Positions 52,223 through 60,585 of a stretch of 64,000 bases of DNA are shown one piece after another. The position numbers were made by a program, and so were the translations under genes. The notes beneath the pieces were generated by a model that did not search any database, was not told the origin of the DNA, and saw nothing but the letters and a program-made list of their open reading frames with translations. The first letter of the stretch is position 1; each line of letters begins with the position of its first letter. Source of the stretch: an uncultured Ignavibacteria bacterium (GTDB lineage: Bacteria > Bacteroidota > Ignavibacteria > Ignavibacteriales > Ignavibacteriaceae); the NCBI GenBank assembly GCA_963832715.1, contig CAWHVB010000001.1, forward strand, positions 100,065 through 164,064. The letters are read 5' to 3'.

Positions 52223-53352
52223 TTTGGTGATACCAAAAGGATATCAATGTTTTCTTCTGCAGCAAGCGATGCCAGAGCGCGGAATAAATTATTTGGCTTC
52301 AATCTATACATAATCGAAAACACCGGCTTGCCAATCACTATCAGAGAAGCTTCTTTTTTAGCAGCAAACGCCACAATTGATTTAGCAATTTCATTGCTGT
52401 TTATTTCTTCAACTTCAGCACCCAGCTCTGTCGCAAGTTTAAAGTTATTTAATAGATGCCTTTGAACAGCCGGATCTATTTTATCTAATTTTTCTTTATC
52501 TGTTTGGACATAAACTACATACCATTTTGAGTTATATAGTGCTGCAATACGGGAAGAACGTCTTATTATTTTTTTACCGGAGTGATAATTTGAACTAAGC
52601 GCCGTCACAATTGCATTGATTCTATCGCGTGAATCAAGTGGAATATCTCTTACGATTTTTCTTTCAACCTGACGCGATACTTCCTTCAGGGCAAGGTCGC
52701 GAAGCTGCAATAGTTTATCTTCCTGGAAAAAATTCTGCAGTGCAATAGGTACTTTTTGCAAATCATAAATTTTCCCCTCCTTTAAACGTTCAATTAATTC
52801 GTCAATTGTCAGGTCAACATTCACAACTTCATCAGCCGAATGGATAATAGTGTCCGGCACTCTTTCTGTTATTCTGATCCCTGCTATTTTTTCAACCCGT
52901 TCATTAATACTTTCAATATGCTGAATATTGACAGTACTTATTACATTTATTCCCGTGTCTAATAATTCTTTAACATCCTGCCAGCGTTTTTCATTTTTTG
53001 AACCCGGAATATTAGTATGAGCCAGTTCATCAACTAGTACAATTTCCGGCTTTTGAAGTAAAATTGCATCAACATCCATTTCCTCAAGCTGTTTCCCTTT
53101 ATAAAATATTTTTTTTCTTTCAATTGCCGGCAAGCCTTCAGTGAGCTTTTGTGTTTCTATTCTTCCGTGAGTTTCAATGTAACCGACCATTACATCAATT
53201 TTTTCTTCGAGCAATTCGTGGGCTTCAAGCAGCATTCTATATGTTTTACCTACACCGGCAGCCATCCCTATATAAATTTTTAATTTGCCCTTTTTTGAAG
53301 AGCGAATAAGATTCAAAAATCTTTCTGCCGATATGGATATTTGGGGTTCCAT
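52219..53352 (-). CDS. kdpD: KdpD N-terminal sensor module (KdpD domain + Usp), no membrane or kinase part
   Basis: P-loop-like GMAAGVGKTYRML. 377 aa with the typical KdpD N-domain followed by a Usp-like C-terminal half. Located in the kdp cluster. Confidence 0.8.
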   Translation of the reverse strand: MEPQISISAERFLNLIRSSKKGKLKIYIGMAAGVGKTYRMLLEAHELLEEKIDVMVGYIETHGRIETQKLTEGLPAIERKKIFYKGKQLEEMDVDAILLQKPEIVLVDELAHTNIPGSKNEKRWQDVKELLDTGINVISTVNIQHIESINERVEKIAGIRITERVPDTIIHSADEVVNVDLTIDELIERLKEGKIYDLQKVPIALQNFFQEDKLLQLRDLALKEVSRQVERKIVRDIPLDSRDRINAIVTALSSNYHSGKKIIRRSSRIAALYNSKWYVVYVQTDKEKLDKIDPAVQRHLLNNFKLATELGAEVEEINSNEIAKSIVAFAAKKEASLIVIGKPVFSIMYRLKPNNLFRALASLAAEENIDILLVSPK

Positions 53353-53355
53353 TAA

Positions 53356-54060
53356 TTATAAACTAAAACCTGCTGCTAAATATGCTTTTTCATTTCTCGG
53401 ATTAACTATAAAAGAGATAAAAACCGGCAACTTTAGTGCATCTGATACTTTAATATATTTAGTTGCTTTGAGGCCAACATTGATAACATTGATATTTTCT
53501 GTATTGTAAAATAATGAATTCTTTTTGCTTCCACCCGCTGCTCCAATAAATGAATCGAATGTAATATCACTCACTTCTGCAGTATATGCAATTTCAAAAT
53601 AAGTGTTATTTCCCGGATCGTTATAGAAATTGTAATACGCCGACACACTAATTGGTATGTTTTCCCCGCTAAGAATCAAGCCGGTTTCGAGCAGATGTGC
53701 TCCATTTTCATTATCAAAATTAAAAAGCTTACTTCCGGAATTGGGATAATAATAATCGGTAATTATGGGTGCAGCAATAATATTACCCAGCTTAATATCA
53801 TAGCTTAACCATATATCAATTTCATCTGAGGCTGATTCCTGATTTGAAAAAGTGTAAGCCCCCCAAAAACCCAAAGTGAAATTATGATATGCAAAACCAA
53901 TTGAAGGTTGAATACTGGGAGTAGAGGCAATATCGAAACCTCTCCAAATATATCTGCTAACAAAATCAACATTAGGGGAAATCTCAAAACTTGTCTGTCC
54001 CTCAATAAAAGTAGAATGGCTTAAAAATATAAATACGGCTATTGTAAATATTTTTTTCAT
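53356..54060 (-). CDS. small outer-membrane beta-barrel (porin-like) protein of the kdp cluster
   Basis: Signal peptide, alternating beta-strand pattern, and a C-terminal AAGFSL ending. It occupies the position between kdpC and kdpD seen in Bacteroidota-type kdp operons (from memory). Confidence 0.6.
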   Translation of the reverse strand: MKKIFTIAVFIFLSHSTFIEGQTSFEISPNVDFVSRYIWRGFDIASTPSIQPSIGFAYHNFTLGFWGAYTFSNQESASDEIDIWLSYDIKLGNIIAAPIITDYYYPNSGSKLFNFDNENGAHLLETGLILSGENIPISVSAYYNFYNDPGNNTYFEIAYTAEVSDITFDSFIGAAGGSKKNSLFYNTENINVINVGLKATKYIKVSDALKLPVFISFIVNPRNEKAYLAAGFSL

Positions 54061-54092
54061 TTTACATTTTTTTAGTTTTGTTAATAAAGTAC

Positions 54093-54683
54093 CTATTCCT
54101 GTATAAAGGATCTTCCGGATATATCATTTAATGCAAGATTAAGTTTAAGAACATTTACTCTTTCAGTCCCGAATAAACCGAACAGCGGCTTCTCAACATT
54201 CTTATCAACCAATTCTTTTAATTTTTCTTCGCTCATATTTCTTTCCTTTGCAACACGGGGGATTTGAATAAAAGCTGCCTGAGGAGAAATATGGGGATCA
54301 AGCCCCGCACCAGAAGCGGTAACAAGATCAGAAGGGATTTCATTTCTTTTCACTTCCGGATTTCTATGTAGAAAATCTTCAATCCTTTTTTCAACTTCAG
54401 ACAAATATTCCGGATTGGTCGGTCCCTTGTTTGAACCGCCGGTAGAAGCGGCATTGTAGTCGACTGCGGAAGGTCTTCCCCAAAAATATTTATCCGAATA
54501 AAATTTTTGCCCGATATTTTCGAAACCCACCAGATTTCCATTTCTGTATACCGGTAATCCGTTTGATTGTTGTGGGAAGAATAATCCTACCCCCCAAATA
54601 AACAACGGGAACAACAATCCGAATAAAATTACCGTTGCAAGATGAAGTTTTATATCTTTTAAAATATTTTTCATTTCAGACAT
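54093..54683 (-). CDS. kdpC: K+-transporting ATPase subunit KdpC
   Basis: N-terminal TM segment and GSNKGPTNPEY / ASGAGLDPHISP motifs characteristic of KdpC. Confidence 0.9.
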   Translation of the reverse strand: MSEMKNILKDIKLHLATVILFGLLFPLFIWGVGLFFPQQSNGLPVYRNGNLVGFENIGQKFYSDKYFWGRPSAVDYNAASTGGSNKGPTNPEYLSEVEKRIEDFLHRNPEVKRNEIPSDLVTASGAGLDPHISPQAAFIQIPRVAKERNMSEEKLKELVDKNVEKPLFGLFGTERVNVLKLNLALNDISGRSFIQE

Positions 54684-54704
54684 CCTTATGCATTATTGAA
54701 AACG

Positions 54705-56744
54705 TTAGATAAATAATGACACTATTAAATCAATCAGCTTTATTCCTACAAAAGGAACAATTAAGCCGCCAAATCCATAGATCATTAAATTTCTTGTAAG
54801 AAGAGCAGTCGCTCCGATTGGCTTATACTTTACGCCTTTTAAGGCAAGCGGTATTAACGCCGGGATTATAAATGCATTAAATATTACGGCAGATAGAATG
54901 GCCGATTCCGGACTTTCAAGTTTCATAATATTCAGCGCATTCAATCCCGGAATAGCTGCGGCAAACAATGCCGGAACTATTGCAAAGTATTTAGCAACAT
55001 CATTTACAATTGAAAAAGTTGTAACATTACCGCGGGTAATTAACATCTGCTTACCTATTTCAATTACCTCTAATACTTTTGTCGGATCATTGTCAAGATC
55101 AACCATATTAGCGGCTTCTTTTGCAGCCTGTGTTCCCGAGTTCATCGCTACGCCAACATCAGCTTGAGCAAGAGCCGGTGCATCATTAGTTCCATCGCCC
55201 ATCATTGCAACCAGCTTTCCTTCTTTCTGCTCTTTCAAGATATAATTCATCTTATCTTCCGGTTTAGCTTCTGCAATAAAGTCATCTACGCCTGCCTGGT
55301 TCGCAATAAATTTAGCTGTTAAGGGATTATCTCCCGTCACCATTACGGTTTTAACTCCCATTTTTCTTAACCTTGCAAACCTTTCCTGTATGCCGGGTTT
55401 TATAATATCCTCAAGCTGTATAACACCAACTGCTTTTTTATTAACTGCAACTACCAGCGGCGTTCCGCCGTTTGATGCAATTTCTTCCACTTTTGTATTT
55501 ATTTCTTTCTCTATACCATCAGTATCTGAAGCCCAATTTTTTATGGCGTCCCAGGAACCTTTGCGTATTTGAGTTCCATCGGGGAAGTCTATCCCGCTCA
55601 TTCTTGTCCCTGCAGTGAACTCAATAAAATTTCCATCTTTTGCGGTTTTTTGCATTACAGAAGGTTCAAGCTTTGGCGCGAGTTCAACAATAGATTTCCC
55701 TTCCGGCGTTGGATCGGCAAGTGAACCCAGCAGACAATATTTTATAAACTCCCGTTTATCTGTTCCATTTACGGGATACATATTTGTAGCTTTTCTATTT
55801 CCAATTGTTATCGTTCCGGTTTTATCCAAAAGAATAACATCTATATCTCCGGCATTCTCAACTGCTTTACCTGATTTTGCGATTACATTAGCTCTTAATG
55901 CTCTGTCCATTCCGGCAATTCCTATTGCTGAAAGCAAGCCGCCGATTGTTGTGGGTATAAGGCAGACGAACAGAGAGATTAAAGCCGTTATTGTTACGGC
56001 TGTATTTGCATAATCACCAAATGGTTTAAGTGTTACAGTTACTAAGAGAAAAATCATTGTAAAACCAGCAAGCAGAATCGTGAGGGCTATTTCATTCGGA
56101 GTTTTTTGCCGGTTCGCACCTTCGACAAGCGCTATCATCTTATCAAGAAATGATTCGCCTGGTTCTGTTAAAACTTTGACCTTAATTTTATCAGATAAAA
56201 CTTTCGTTCCGCCGATTACCCCTGAGTGATCTGTCCCGGCTTCTCTTATTACGGGTGCTGATTCACCGGTTATTGCGGATTCATCAATGGATGCAATGCC
56301 TTCTACTATTTCTCCGTCAATGGGGATTGTATCTCCGGCTTCTGCAATAAAAATATCTCCTTTTTTCAATTGTGAAGAGGGAATTGTTTTTATTTCATCA
56401 TTATCACCGATAATTTTCGCATCGGTTTCTTCTCTTGTTTTTCTTAACGAAGAAGCCTGCGCTTTTCCTCTTGCTTCGGCTATCGCTTCGGCAAAATTTC
56501 CGAATAAAACTGTTAATAATAGCAAGATAGTTATCAGCAGATTGTATCCAAAGAGACCCTGTCCGCTCCCCGGTGATACAATTGATAATATTGTTATGGA
56601 TAGCATTATTACTGTTCCTATTTCAACAGTAAACATCACCGGATTTTTCATCATCATCTTTGGATTTAACTTTATAAAAGATTCGCTGATTGATTCTTTT
56701 ACGATATCCGGCGTGAATAATTTTATATTTTTTTGTCGTTTCAT
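54705..56744 (-). CDS. kdpB: K+-transporting P-type ATPase subunit KdpB
   Basis: DKTGTIT phosphorylation motif, MVTGDN and GDGTNDAPAL. 679 aa. Confidence 0.95.
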   Translation of the reverse strand: MKRQKNIKLFTPDIVKESISESFIKLNPKMMMKNPVMFTVEIGTVIMLSITILSIVSPGSGQGLFGYNLLITILLLLTVLFGNFAEAIAEARGKAQASSLRKTREETDAKIIGDNDEIKTIPSSQLKKGDIFIAEAGDTIPIDGEIVEGIASIDESAITGESAPVIREAGTDHSGVIGGTKVLSDKIKVKVLTEPGESFLDKMIALVEGANRQKTPNEIALTILLAGFTMIFLLVTVTLKPFGDYANTAVTITALISLFVCLIPTTIGGLLSAIGIAGMDRALRANVIAKSGKAVENAGDIDVILLDKTGTITIGNRKATNMYPVNGTDKREFIKYCLLGSLADPTPEGKSIVELAPKLEPSVMQKTAKDGNFIEFTAGTRMSGIDFPDGTQIRKGSWDAIKNWASDTDGIEKEINTKVEEIASNGGTPLVVAVNKKAVGVIQLEDIIKPGIQERFARLRKMGVKTVMVTGDNPLTAKFIANQAGVDDFIAEAKPEDKMNYILKEQKEGKLVAMMGDGTNDAPALAQADVGVAMNSGTQAAKEAANMVDLDNDPTKVLEVIEIGKQMLITRGNVTTFSIVNDVAKYFAIVPALFAAAIPGLNALNIMKLESPESAILSAVIFNAFIIPALIPLALKGVKYKPIGATALLTRNLMIYGFGGLIVPFVGIKLIDLIVSLFI

Positions 56745-56798
56745 TTTTTATAAATCCTTTTAATTATAATGGCGACATCTTTCAAAATCATTTATTAG

Positions 56799-58493
56799 TT
56801 ACATTGAAAAAAATTCTGCGATCGGTCCCAGCGTTAAAGCGGGGAAAAACGATAAGGCTGCTACTACCACAAGAACACCAAACAAAACAACGCCGAATGC
56901 AATGCTGTCAACTTTTAATGTTCCTTCCGAAAATGGAATTGATTTTTTTAACGCCAGCGAGCCCGCAATAGCAATAGGTCCGATGATCGGGAGATACCTT
57001 CCAATAAGCATTACAGTACCCGTCATAATATTCCAGAATGCGGTATTGTCACCCAGTCCTTCAAAGCCGGAACCATTGTTAGCTGCTGCTGAAGAAAATT
57101 CATAAAGCATTTCCGAAAATCCGTGATACGATGGATTGTTAAGCCAGCCGATTGAAGCGTTATTTGCTGCAATAAAAGATGAGATCGCGGTACCAACCAA
57201 AATTAAAAACGGGTGAAGGAGTATAATCAGTGAAGCTATTTTTACTTCCCTTGCTTCAATCTTTTTCCCCAGAAATTCCGGAGTTCTTCCGACCATCAAT
57301 CCGCCGATAAAAACCGCAATAATTACAAACATAAAAAAGTTAATAAAACCTACTCCAACTCCACCGTAAATCGAGTTAATCATCATATCAACAAGATAAA
57401 TCCCACCAGAAAGCGGAGTCTGACTATCGTGCATTGAATTAACAGAACCATTAGAGGTTGATGTTGTAGAAACTCCCCAAAGTGCAGAAGCGGCGGGACC
57501 AAAACGGACTTCCTTTCCTTCCATACTTCCCATTGGCTGGGATACACCAAGCTTTGCTATTTCCGGATTTCCCGCAGATTCAAGCGATACCGTCGTGCTT
57601 ACAAATGAGAGGAAAGCAACTGTCATCACTCCAAAAAATATCCATGCGAGTTTTTTCTTTTCAAAATAAAATCCAAATGCAAAAACTAATGCGACCGGTA
57701 TAATCAGAATAGAAAAATTTTCAACAATATTTGTAAGGTAATTAGGATTCTCAAAAGGATGAGCAGAATTAGGACCAAAGAATCCGCCGCCGTTAGTACC
57801 CAATTGTTTTATAGCAACCATCGGTGCAACCGGTCCGGTGGCAACAAAAGTTGTGTCTCCTTCAAGTGTAATTACTTTTTGCGGTCCTTCGAAAGTTGTG
57901 GGTGTTCCATTTAAAAGAAGTATTACCGCTATTAGAATAGAAGGTGGGAGCAAAATCCGTGTGCAGCTTTTAAGAAATAGATTATAAAAATTGCCAATAT
58001 CTGTTGATTTTTTTTCTTTTAATCCTTTAAATAATAATGCAAGCGCAGCAATCCCGGTTGCCGCGGTAACGAACTGTAAAAAGCAGATAACTATTAATTG
58101 TGAAAAATATGTTAAGCCCGTTTCACCCGAATAATGCTGAAGATTTGTATTGGACGTAAAACTTGCGGCAGTATTGTAAGCGAGTGTTGCTTCCATATTT
58201 GAAATCTTTGCCGGATTCCAGAATGGAATAATTCCCTGGATCATTAAAAGAATTATTGCCCAGACAAAAAAGACTGCATTAAGCCTAAGCAAAGCTTTCA
58301 TATTATTTTTCCAATCCAGTGACTCATCGGGATTTATAGAAGCAATTTTAAAAACAAACTTTTCAATAGGTGAAAGAAAATCGCTCCAGACTTTTTCACC
58401 TTTAAAAACTTTGCTGATATGTTTGCCTAAAGGATAGGCAAGAATAAAAGTTAGAAGAATAATTAATACAACACCGTTTAATTCAGGATTCAT
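56799..58493 (-). CDS. kdpA: K+-transporting ATPase channel subunit KdpA
   Basis: 564 aa, polytopic, with selectivity-filter-like TNGGGF and NNGSGF segments. Immediately downstream of kdpF. Confidence 0.95.
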   Translation of the reverse strand: MNPELNGVVLIILLTFILAYPLGKHISKVFKGEKVWSDFLSPIEKFVFKIASINPDESLDWKNNMKALLRLNAVFFVWAIILLMIQGIIPFWNPAKISNMEATLAYNTAASFTSNTNLQHYSGETGLTYFSQLIVICFLQFVTAATGIAALALLFKGLKEKKSTDIGNFYNLFLKSCTRILLPPSILIAVILLLNGTPTTFEGPQKVITLEGDTTFVATGPVAPMVAIKQLGTNGGGFFGPNSAHPFENPNYLTNIVENFSILIIPVALVFAFGFYFEKKKLAWIFFGVMTVAFLSFVSTTVSLESAGNPEIAKLGVSQPMGSMEGKEVRFGPAASALWGVSTTSTSNGSVNSMHDSQTPLSGGIYLVDMMINSIYGGVGVGFINFFMFVIIAVFIGGLMVGRTPEFLGKKIEAREVKIASLIILLHPFLILVGTAISSFIAANNASIGWLNNPSYHGFSEMLYEFSSAAANNGSGFEGLGDNTAFWNIMTGTVMLIGRYLPIIGPIAIAGSLALKKSIPFSEGTLKVDSIAFGVVLFGVLVVVAALSFFPALTLGPIAEFFSM

Positions 58494-58502
58494 TTCCTCT
58501 CC

Positions 58503-58580
58503 TTAAAATTTTTCCGGTTTAACTAATGCATAAAAGAGATATGCAAATACGAGTGCGCTTATTATTAATAATAAAATCAT
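58503..58580 (-). CDS. kdpF: KdpF small hydrophobic subunit (25 aa), not in the ORF track
   Basis: MILLLIISALVFAYLFYALVKPEKF, preceded by AAGGAGTCACA. The YLxYALxxPEKF ending matches the KdpF consensus. The stop lies 10 nt before the kdpA start. Confidence 0.8.
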   Translation of the reverse strand: MILLLIISALVFAYLFYALVKPEKF

Positions 58581-58596
58581 TGTGACTCCTTTACAT

Positions 58597-58680
58597 TTAT
58601 AACTTATCAAAAAGTTGAATTGACTTAAAAAACAGATAGAAGCAAAAAACTCCCAGCATAATCATTAATATTTCCAGCAT
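58597..58680 (-). CDS. candidate second 27-aa hydrophobic peptide upstream of kdpF
   Basis: MLEILMIMLGVFCFYLFFKSIQLFDKL. The stop lies 17 nt before the kdpF start. Only a weak AAAGGA ribosome-binding site is present. Confidence 0.3.
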   Translation of the reverse strand: MLEILMIMLGVFCFYLFFKSIQLFDKL

Positions 58681-58877
58681 TGTTAAATCCTTTTTTCGGC
58701 AAGATAACTCTAATAAAGTGCCAGAGCGCTAAGTATTGCTTTTACAATTACTTAGGCTACAAATATCAAACTGTTTTACCGATAATGCTTTCAAAATGGA
58801 AGGGTCATTTTTTATATTGGAAGGGTAAATAATAAATGATCATGAGAAGTAAATGAAATAGTTCATTTGACACAGTC

Positions 58878-58933
58878 ATTAAAATCAAGAAGCCTCAATA
58901 CGAACTGTATTAAGGTTTTTTTGGCGGGGCCGA
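58878..58933. repeat. copy of the tRNA-Asp 3' end plus its downstream hairpin module (left direct repeat)
   Basis: TGGCGGGGCCGA (58922-58933) is identical to the tRNA 3' end at 60335-60346. It is preceded by hairpin CCTCAATAC/GTATTAAGG and by TTAAAATCAA, as at 60055-60113 and 60291-60346. Confidence 0.7.
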
Positions 58934-59040
58934 ATATTAGCTCATTTTCTTCCATTTCTGGTGCTGTTAGGAATTGGTTTGAATGATTTTTGTGATAACC
59001 ATATAAATGAATTTAAAGGAAATTATAAAGGAGCTAAAAA

Positions 59041-59889
59041 ATGAAAATTTTATTTTCAACAATAATTCTTTGTTTCTTTTGTACACAATTTGTTTCGGCA
59101 GCTGACTTAGAGTTAAATATTGCTGTCTCAAAGAATATATTTTTAACAGCTGAGCCAATCGAGGTTGGTGTGACCCTAAAGAATTCCAGTAACCAGATTA
59201 TAATGACGAAGTATCCGCATCCCTCTGTACAAACTCTCAGATTAGATATAATTGATGATGCAGGAAATATTGTCCCCTATAACGGTTATTATGCAAGTGG
59301 AGAAAAAATTAGTCTGGAACTACAGCCAAATGAAGAATTTTACCAGTTATTGGTACTTGACGAACTATTCGGTACTGGGTATAGTACAGAGCTGTATAAT
59401 ATGAGTATTGATCCTGGGAATTATAGTATACAGGCTTTTTTTACAGATGGTGTATTCAACATCGCAAGTGACACGATTTCAATCGAGGTTGTCCCTCCCT
59501 CTGGAAAGGAATTAGATGTTTATACTGAATTTTTGCGAATTTCTAATAGTAATAATAATACCAATCAGCAAAACATTTTAGATGTCTGTAATAAGTATCT
59601 AATGTTAGTTGAACATAATCCCTCAAGTGTTTATTCTCCCACAATACTAGTTCAACTGTCAGCTTTATATTATGTAGTTTTAAAGGACAAGCACAAAGCT
59701 GAAAAAATTCTAAAGAAATTACTCCAGGAATACCCTGGTTCAGGTAAATGTAGAAATCATATAACAACTATACTTGATTCGATACCATCAAAATCAGGCA
59801 AAATTGACTTTTTACAAAAAGTTAAAACTCAGAGTAAAGGTTCCTTAATGGAAAAAATATATAATAAAAAACTAGCTGAAATCAATTAA
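59041..59889 (+). CDS. secreted hypothetical protein
   Basis: 282 aa with signal peptide MKILFSTIILCFFCTQFVSA, a beta-rich N-half and a helical C-half. No family recognised. Confidence 0.6.
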   Translation: MKILFSTIILCFFCTQFVSAADLELNIAVSKNIFLTAEPIEVGVTLKNSSNQIIMTKYPHPSVQTLRLDIIDDAGNIVPYNGYYASGEKISLELQPNEEFYQLLVLDELFGTGYSTELYNMSIDPGNYSIQAFFTDGVFNIASDTISIEVVPPSGKELDVYTEFLRISNSNNNTNQQNILDVCNKYLMLVEHNPSSVYSPTILVQLSALYYVVLKDKHKAEKILKKLLQEYPGSGKCRNHITTILDSIPSKSGKIDFLQKVKTQSKGSLMEKIYNKKLAEIN

Positions 59890-60054
59890 TGGAGTAAAAA
59901 GATGAAAATGAGAATAAGATATGTAACATTGATATTATTATTTTCACTTTAACTAACCATACTAATCAATCCTTTTTTAACAAGATGTATCTGAGATTAG
60001 TCGATACAAAGTTGGTACAGTGTCGGTACACAGGCAGTGGGATTTACTTACCGC

Positions 60055-60113
60055 TTTTAAAATCAAAAAGCCTCAATACGAATTGTATTAAGGCTTTCAA
60101 ATGCGGGGACCGA
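60055..60113. repeat. right direct repeat: hairpin module plus degenerate tRNA 3' end
   Basis: TTTTAAAATCAAAAAGCCTCAATACGAATTGTATTAAGGCTTTCAAATGCGGGGACCGA aligns with 58878-58933 at roughly 85% identity by eye. Confidence 0.7.
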
Positions 60114-60170
60114 TCCCCGCTGATGTTCTTAGCGGGACAGGCGAGACTTGATTCTCGCATCCTGTTACAT
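60102..60170 (-). other. degenerate tRNA-Asp 3'-part copy with an internal insertion
   Basis: TGCGGGGACCGA, then an inserted hairpin (CCCGCT...AGCGGG), then GCGAGACTTGATTCTCGC, which resembles the true T-arm region CGAGACTCGAACTCGCG. It ends in GTTACAT. Confidence 0.45.
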
Positions 60171-60208
60171 AAAAAAATCCCCTCCGGAAAACCGTGGGGA
60201 TTTTTTTA

Positions 60209-60253
60209 TGCGGGGCCGATCCCGATTCGCCATCGGGACGACGCCTGCGTGAC
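60209..60253 (-). pseudogene. displaced or diverged 3' half of a tRNA-Asp gene
   Basis: The minus strand reads GTCAC-GCAGG-CGTC-GTCCCGA-TGGCGAA-TCGGGAT-CGGCCCCG-CA. The anticodon-loop end, 3' anticodon stem and acceptor arm match the real gene. The T-stem is different but still self-complementary. There is no 5' half. Confidence 0.6.
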
Positions 60254-60334
60254 TTAATACGTCATTGTCCGTTACATAAAAATCCTTTAAAATCAACAAA
60301 GCTCTGTAAGTTTTTAACTTAGAGGATTTTTTTA

Positions 60335-60411
60335 TGGCGGGGCCGACGAGACTCGAACTCGCGACCTCCTGCGTGACAGGCAGGCGTTCTAACCAACTGA
60401 ACTACGACCCC
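60335..60411 (-). tRNA. tRNA-Asp (anticodon GTC), CCA encoded
   Basis: The minus strand reads GGGGTCG-TA-GTTC-AGTTGGTTA-GAAC-G-CCTGC-CTGTCAC-GCAGG-AGGTC-GCGAG-TTCGAGT-CTCGT-CGGCCCC-G-CCA. This is a full cloverleaf with one G-T pair in the acceptor stem. A hairpin and T-rich tract lie downstream (60302-60334). Confidence 0.95.
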
Positions 60412-60439
60412 GAATTATGTAAAGAACTTTTACCGGGCA

Positions 60440-60497
60440 GCCATTCTAACCAATCCGTCCTGTTTTACAGGACGAGACACGCTGAACTACGACCCCG
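60440..60497 (-). other. partial copy of the tRNA-Asp 5' part interrupted by a 28-nt hairpin insertion in the D-loop
   Basis: The minus strand reads GGGGTCGTAGTTCAG[CGTGTCTCGTCCTGTAAAACAGGACGGA]TTGGTTAGAAT. The insert holds the palindrome CGTCCTG-N5-CAGGACG and contains the TTTACAGG motif on the plus strand. Confidence 0.6.
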
Positions 60498-60585
60498 GAA
60501 TATCTGAGAACTTTTCAAAAAAGAGATTCAAATATATGCCAACAACACCCTAAAATCAACTCTTTTATAATGTATGAGCCAAATT

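Noticed and set aside
58708-58723. A perfect TGGCAC (minus strand) lies about 40 nt upstream of the kdp leader ORF, raising the possibility of a sigma-54 promoter.
   Set aside because: At the N5 spacing the -12 element reads TAGAG instead of TTGCW. The only TTGC nearby is about 10 nt too far away. This is not good enough to call, though it is worth rescoring with a PWM.
58681-59040. I looked for a c-di-AMP (ydaO-type) or other riboswitch upstream of kdp, and likewise upstream of ktrB at 26085-26244.
   Set aside because: I could not recognise the conserved pseudo-symmetric ydaO core by eye, and the ktrB leader is too short. A cmscan run would be needed to exclude it formally.
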